Assembly: GCA_965223855.1 (NCBI GenBank)
Contig: CBDCXM010000009.1
Location: 96,001 to 160,000 of the forward strand
Length of the DNA: 64,000 bases
Reading direction: 5' to 3'
Source of the DNA: Candidatus Multivoradales bacterium
Lineage (GTDB): Bacteria > Acidobacteriota > Thermoanaerobaculia > Multivoradales > JAHEKO01
Shown one piece after another: positions 60,888 to 64,000 of the stretch. Positions within the stretch are counted from its first letter, which is position 1. Every line of letters begins with the position of its first letter. Below the pieces are notes generated by a model. The model had not been told where the DNA came from and did not search any database. It saw only the letters and a list, made by a program, of their open reading frames with translations. The position numbers and the translations under genes were made by a program.

Positions 60888-60917
60888 GAGGCGCACCCCC
60901 GTTCGGGAGTGCGCCTC
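60888..60917 (-). terminator. GC-rich hairpin after the C25 gene (possible terminator)
   Basis: GAGGCGCACUCCC-GAAC-GGGGGUGCGCCUC with a weak U tail. Confidence 0.45.
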
Positions 60918-60945
60918 GGAAGGTCGTCGCTGCCGAGGGCCTTCG

Positions 60946-63900
60946 CTACGGCAACTCGACGGCGGGGTCGCCCGTGACGCCGTAGGCGTAGAGCATCTCG
61001 ACCGGTCCGCCCTCGAGACCGAACTGGCCGGTCGTGGTGAGGAAGATCTCACCGAGCGTCGCACCGGGCGAGTCCTTCAGCGCCGTAGCGTAGAGGACGT
61101 TGAGGCGATGGGCCGCGCCGCCGAACGAGATGCCGCTCGGCGACCAGACGGCGATCGCTCCACCGTCGGCGTCAGTGACGAGCGCCTCGGCCACCGACTC
61201 GACCATCGGGATGTCCGACCGGCCGGCGATGCAGGTCAACGCCGAGACCACCGGGAGACGATCACCATTGGCGAGCAACTCCATGTCGTGAATCCCGAGC
61301 ACGTTCTCGGCGGCGAACTGCGTCACCCCGGCATGGCCGACGTAGTTGACGAGCTGAGCACCGTCGTTCCACGCCGCCTGGAGAGCCGCACGGGCATCCG
61401 CCGTGGTCATCTCCTCGAGGTGGATCGAGGTCTGCTCATAGCTCGGCCACAGGCCGGCGATCGTGTTGCTCTCGCTGGTGAACTGGCCTGCCGCGTCCGG
61501 GTTGTCGGCGACGAGGATCGCGCGACCCTGCCACGGGCCGGACGAGACGTCGTACGCCTCGACCTTGTCGTTGTAGGCGGCAAACTCGTCGCTGCTGACG
61601 ATCGGCAGACGACCGATGGCGACTTCCGGCACCGCATCGTCACCGACGAGGTCGGCGAGGATGTTGTCGGAACCGACGAGACCGTACGGAGTGCCGACCA
61701 GCACGATCGGCAGGAAGCTGTCGCCGTTGCCCTGCAGGTCGCGCGGATCGAACGTCCCGCGGCCGGCGAGCACGACATAGCGCGGCGCCTCGATCCAGTT
61801 CGCGGTCGCGTAGTCGAGCAGCTCATGGATCGCCCACGGGGTGACGATTCCGTCGCTGAAGGCGTCGTAGACGTCGGTCAGCGAGACCGCCATCGACGAC
61901 AGACCCTGACCGTTGCGATGCACCGCCAACCGTTCGGCTTCGCTCATCCACTCGGCGGGCGCAACGACCAGATGCTCGACGGCCAGGCTGCTGTCGAGCA
62001 GATCGACGGCCGGGACGACCGCGCGCAGGCCGCTCACCGGCCGTGCCGACGGGAAGGTCGTCACGAAGTACTCCTCCTCGCCCTTGCCGGGAGTGAAGCT
62101 CGCCTGCACACCACCGGGACCGAACTCGGCGCGCACGTTGCGCACCTCCTTCGGCGCCGCCGGATCGGAGATGTCGAGCACCGCGACGTCGACGGAGGAG
62201 AGACCCTCGATCGTGACGACGGCATTGCCGTCGGCGCGAGCGACGAGAGCGTCGTCCACCGCCCGGTAGAAGCGCGGGTAGTCGAGCTCGAAGCGATCGA
62301 TGAAGAAGATTGAAGCGGTCGAGCCGTTCTCCAGCGTCCCTTCGACCTCGAACGTCGTCGTCGCACCGAGCAACGCGGCGTCGAAGGCGAAGGTCGCCTC
62401 GTGGCGCTCCTTGCCGCTCCAGGCGGTCGTGCCGACCTCGGCCCCGTTCACCCGCAGCGTCGCCGAGTGATCGAGCGCGGCCGGTCCGTTGGTGCCGCCC
62501 TTGAGGGCGACGGTGATCTCGGCCTGGCCGGTCGCGCCGTCGGGCACCGTGACCTCGAAGCTCCGCGTGTTGTTCGTCGAGGCGGCGTTGATGCCGTCCC
62601 AGAACCACGGATCCGCTTCGGTGATCACGGTCGTGTTGATCACCGGCAGCAGGTCTTCCTCGAACCGCTCGATCGACTGGAAGATGCCGCCCGGTGCCGG
62701 CGTCGGGTAGTCGTTCTCCACCCTGCCGACCCGGACACCGCGCTCGTCGAGCGTGACCCGGTAGACGTTGTAGCGGGTGTAGAGACTGTCGATCGCCTCG
62801 CCGTAGAAGTAGAGACCGTCGCCCTGGCGCCCCTCCGGGATCCAGGAGATCCGGCGGCCCTGATTCTCGACCGCCACCATGCCCTGCATCAGCAGCCTGC
62901 GGACTCCGCTCTCGCGAACGCCCGAGGCGGCCGCCAGCTCGGCCGCGGAAACTCGGTAGAGACCGGTCTCCTCGACGTCGACCTGCAGCACCTGAGAGGT
63001 CGGCGGCTGGCCTGAGCCGATACCGCGGAGGCTCCGATCATCGTCCTTGCGAACGGCGGCCGCGCGGGCTGCCGTCATCCGATCGGCGAAGCGCTCGGAG
63101 ACGTTGGGCATCGCAATCGCGCTCTCCTCGAGAGTGGCGCGCTCGCCACGGCGGCCCAGCTTGACGTCGTACGGACCGTAGAGCTGACTGCCACCGTCCG
63201 CCTGGTGCTCGACGATCAGGTAGCGCAGCGTGTCCGCCAGCGGCGCACGCTCGTCCGCCACCCGGTAGACACCGCCCTGCGGCGCGCCGACGAGAGCGGG
63301 CACGAGCCCGTCCGTGACCGGCACCCAGTCGCGGAGTTCCGCGTCGCGCCGCAGCACTTCGAAGCCGGCGGTCAACGCTTCGTAGCCCGTCGAGAACTCG
63401 AACACCACCGAGCCGCCGTCGTCGTAGGCGGTCACCGAAGTGATGAGCGCAGCGGTGATCGCACGCAGACCGGCATCGACCGTCGTGTCGACCTCGCCGG
63501 CGGTCATCGTGATCGGTGGATCGGTCGCCACCGGAGCGAGGCCTTCGTTGGTGTCGCTCACCTGCTCGGCATCGCTGTCGATCGTGTCGTCACCACCGGC
63601 GAGGTTCTCCGGCGTGAAGTCCTCGAAGCCGGCGGGCCGGATGAACAGCACCCGGTAGTCGCCCGGCGGCAGGCCGGGGAACTCGTAGATGCCGTTGGCG
63701 TCGGTCACCGCCTCGATATTGGCGCCGAGGGCGTCGGTGATCGGGGCGAAGGTGATCGGGTCGACCAGCTGCACGGTGACGTTCGGCACCGGCGGCTCTT
63801 CGTCGCCCGTTCCGGGCAGGCCGTCCGTGCCGAGCGGCTCGTACTCGCCGTCGCCGTCGATCGAGTCGTTCCACACCAGGTTGCCGAGGGTCGAAAGCAC

Positions 63901-64000
63901 ATAGTCCTCGACCTCGCCCGTCGTGGCCGAGCCGGTCACGGCGTCGCCACCCTGGCCGACGGCGGTCGTGATGCGGAAACGTGCCGCCATCACGCCGGTC
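60946..64000 (-). CDS. Large surface protein with GEVED and SdrD-B-like domains plus a C25 (gingipain-like) cysteine peptidase; 5' end outside the window
   Basis: GEVEDY; LGNLVWND..TDANGIYEF..GDYRV; VYDAFSDG, YVVLAG, AIGRLP, NYVGHAG, ALTC, GDP. Confidence 0.85.
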   Translation of the reverse strand, partial: TGVMAARFRITTAVGQGGDAVTGSATTGEVEDYVLSTLGNLVWNDSIDGDGEYEPLGTDGLPGTGDEEPPVPNVTVQLVDPITFAPITDALGANIEAVTDANGIYEFPGLPPGDYRVLFIRPAGFEDFTPENLAGGDDTIDSDAEQVSDTNEGLAPVATDPPITMTAGEVDTTVDAGLRAITAALITSVTAYDDGGSVVFEFSTGYEALTAGFEVLRRDAELRDWVPVTDGLVPALVGAPQGGVYRVADERAPLADTLRYLIVEHQADGGSQLYGPYDVKLGRRGERATLEESAIAMPNVSERFADRMTAARAAAVRKDDDRSLRGIGSGQPPTSQVLQVDVEETGLYRVSAAELAAASGVRESGVRRLLMQGMVAVENQGRRISWIPEGRQGDGLYFYGEAIDSLYTRYNVYRVTLDERGVRVGRVENDYPTPAPGGIFQSIERFEEDLLPVINTTVITEADPWFWDGINAASTNNTRSFEVTVPDGATGQAEITVALKGGTNGPAALDHSATLRVNGAEVGTTAWSGKERHEATFAFDAALLGATTTFEVEGTLENGSTASIFFIDRFELDYPRFYRAVDDALVARADGNAVVTIEGLSSVDVAVLDISDPAAPKEVRNVRAEFGPGGVQASFTPGKGEEEYFVTTFPSARPVSGLRAVVPAVDLLDSSLAVEHLVVAPAEWMSEAERLAVHRNGQGLSSMAVSLTDVYDAFSDGIVTPWAIHELLDYATANWIEAPRYVVLAGRGTFDPRDLQGNGDSFLPIVLVGTPYGLVGSDNILADLVGDDAVPEVAIGRLPIVSSDEFAAYNDKVEAYDVSSGPWQGRAILVADNPDAAGQFTSESNTIAGLWPSYEQTSIHLEEMTTADARAALQAAWNDGAQLVNYVGHAGVTQFAAENVLGIHDMELLANGDRLPVVSALTCIAGRSDIPMVESVAEALVTDADGGAIAVWSPSGISFGGAAHRLNVLYATALKDSPGATLGEIFLTTTGQFGLEGGPVEMLYAYGVTGDPAVELP

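Overview
GC-rich bacterial chromosomal segment of about 55 genes. Gene content suggests Acidobacteriota, Thermoanaerobaculia-like; this is an inference from ruvX-mltG, the 11-subunit nuo operon, C-terminal IFxDGFESG-tagged secreted proteins and stand-alone TonB_C fusions. From left to right it contains: an anthranilate/2-aminobenzoyl-CoA-type beta-oxidation cluster with kynA-kynU but no kynB; a thiolase(frameshifted)-lptD-gmd-rmd-polyprenol kinase/DUF92 operon; ruvX-mltG; a pseudokinase-TonB fusion; two CsgG-like genes; an ECF sigma/ZAS anti-sigma run carrying a cysteine-less TlpA and an HPD-less J protein; corA; nuoABCDHIJKLMN without nuoEFG, preceded by an NDUFAF7/MidA methyltransferase; heptose/LPS core genes; a B12-radical SAM enzyme; a ClC channel; an orphan pilB; pduO; pabBC; an M16 peptidase pair; and a truncated C25 gingipain-like surface protein. 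I saw no tRNA, rRNA, CRISPR array, transposase or integrase. The main unexplained non-coding features are a structured element with a 23-bp inverted repeat at about 5.0-5.25 kb and two tandem ~98-bp hairpin repeats inside the nuo operon, next to a strand-skewed nuoJ. Many genes look leaderless or sit on bidirectional -10 promoters. All calls come from reading motifs by eye; no database searches were run.
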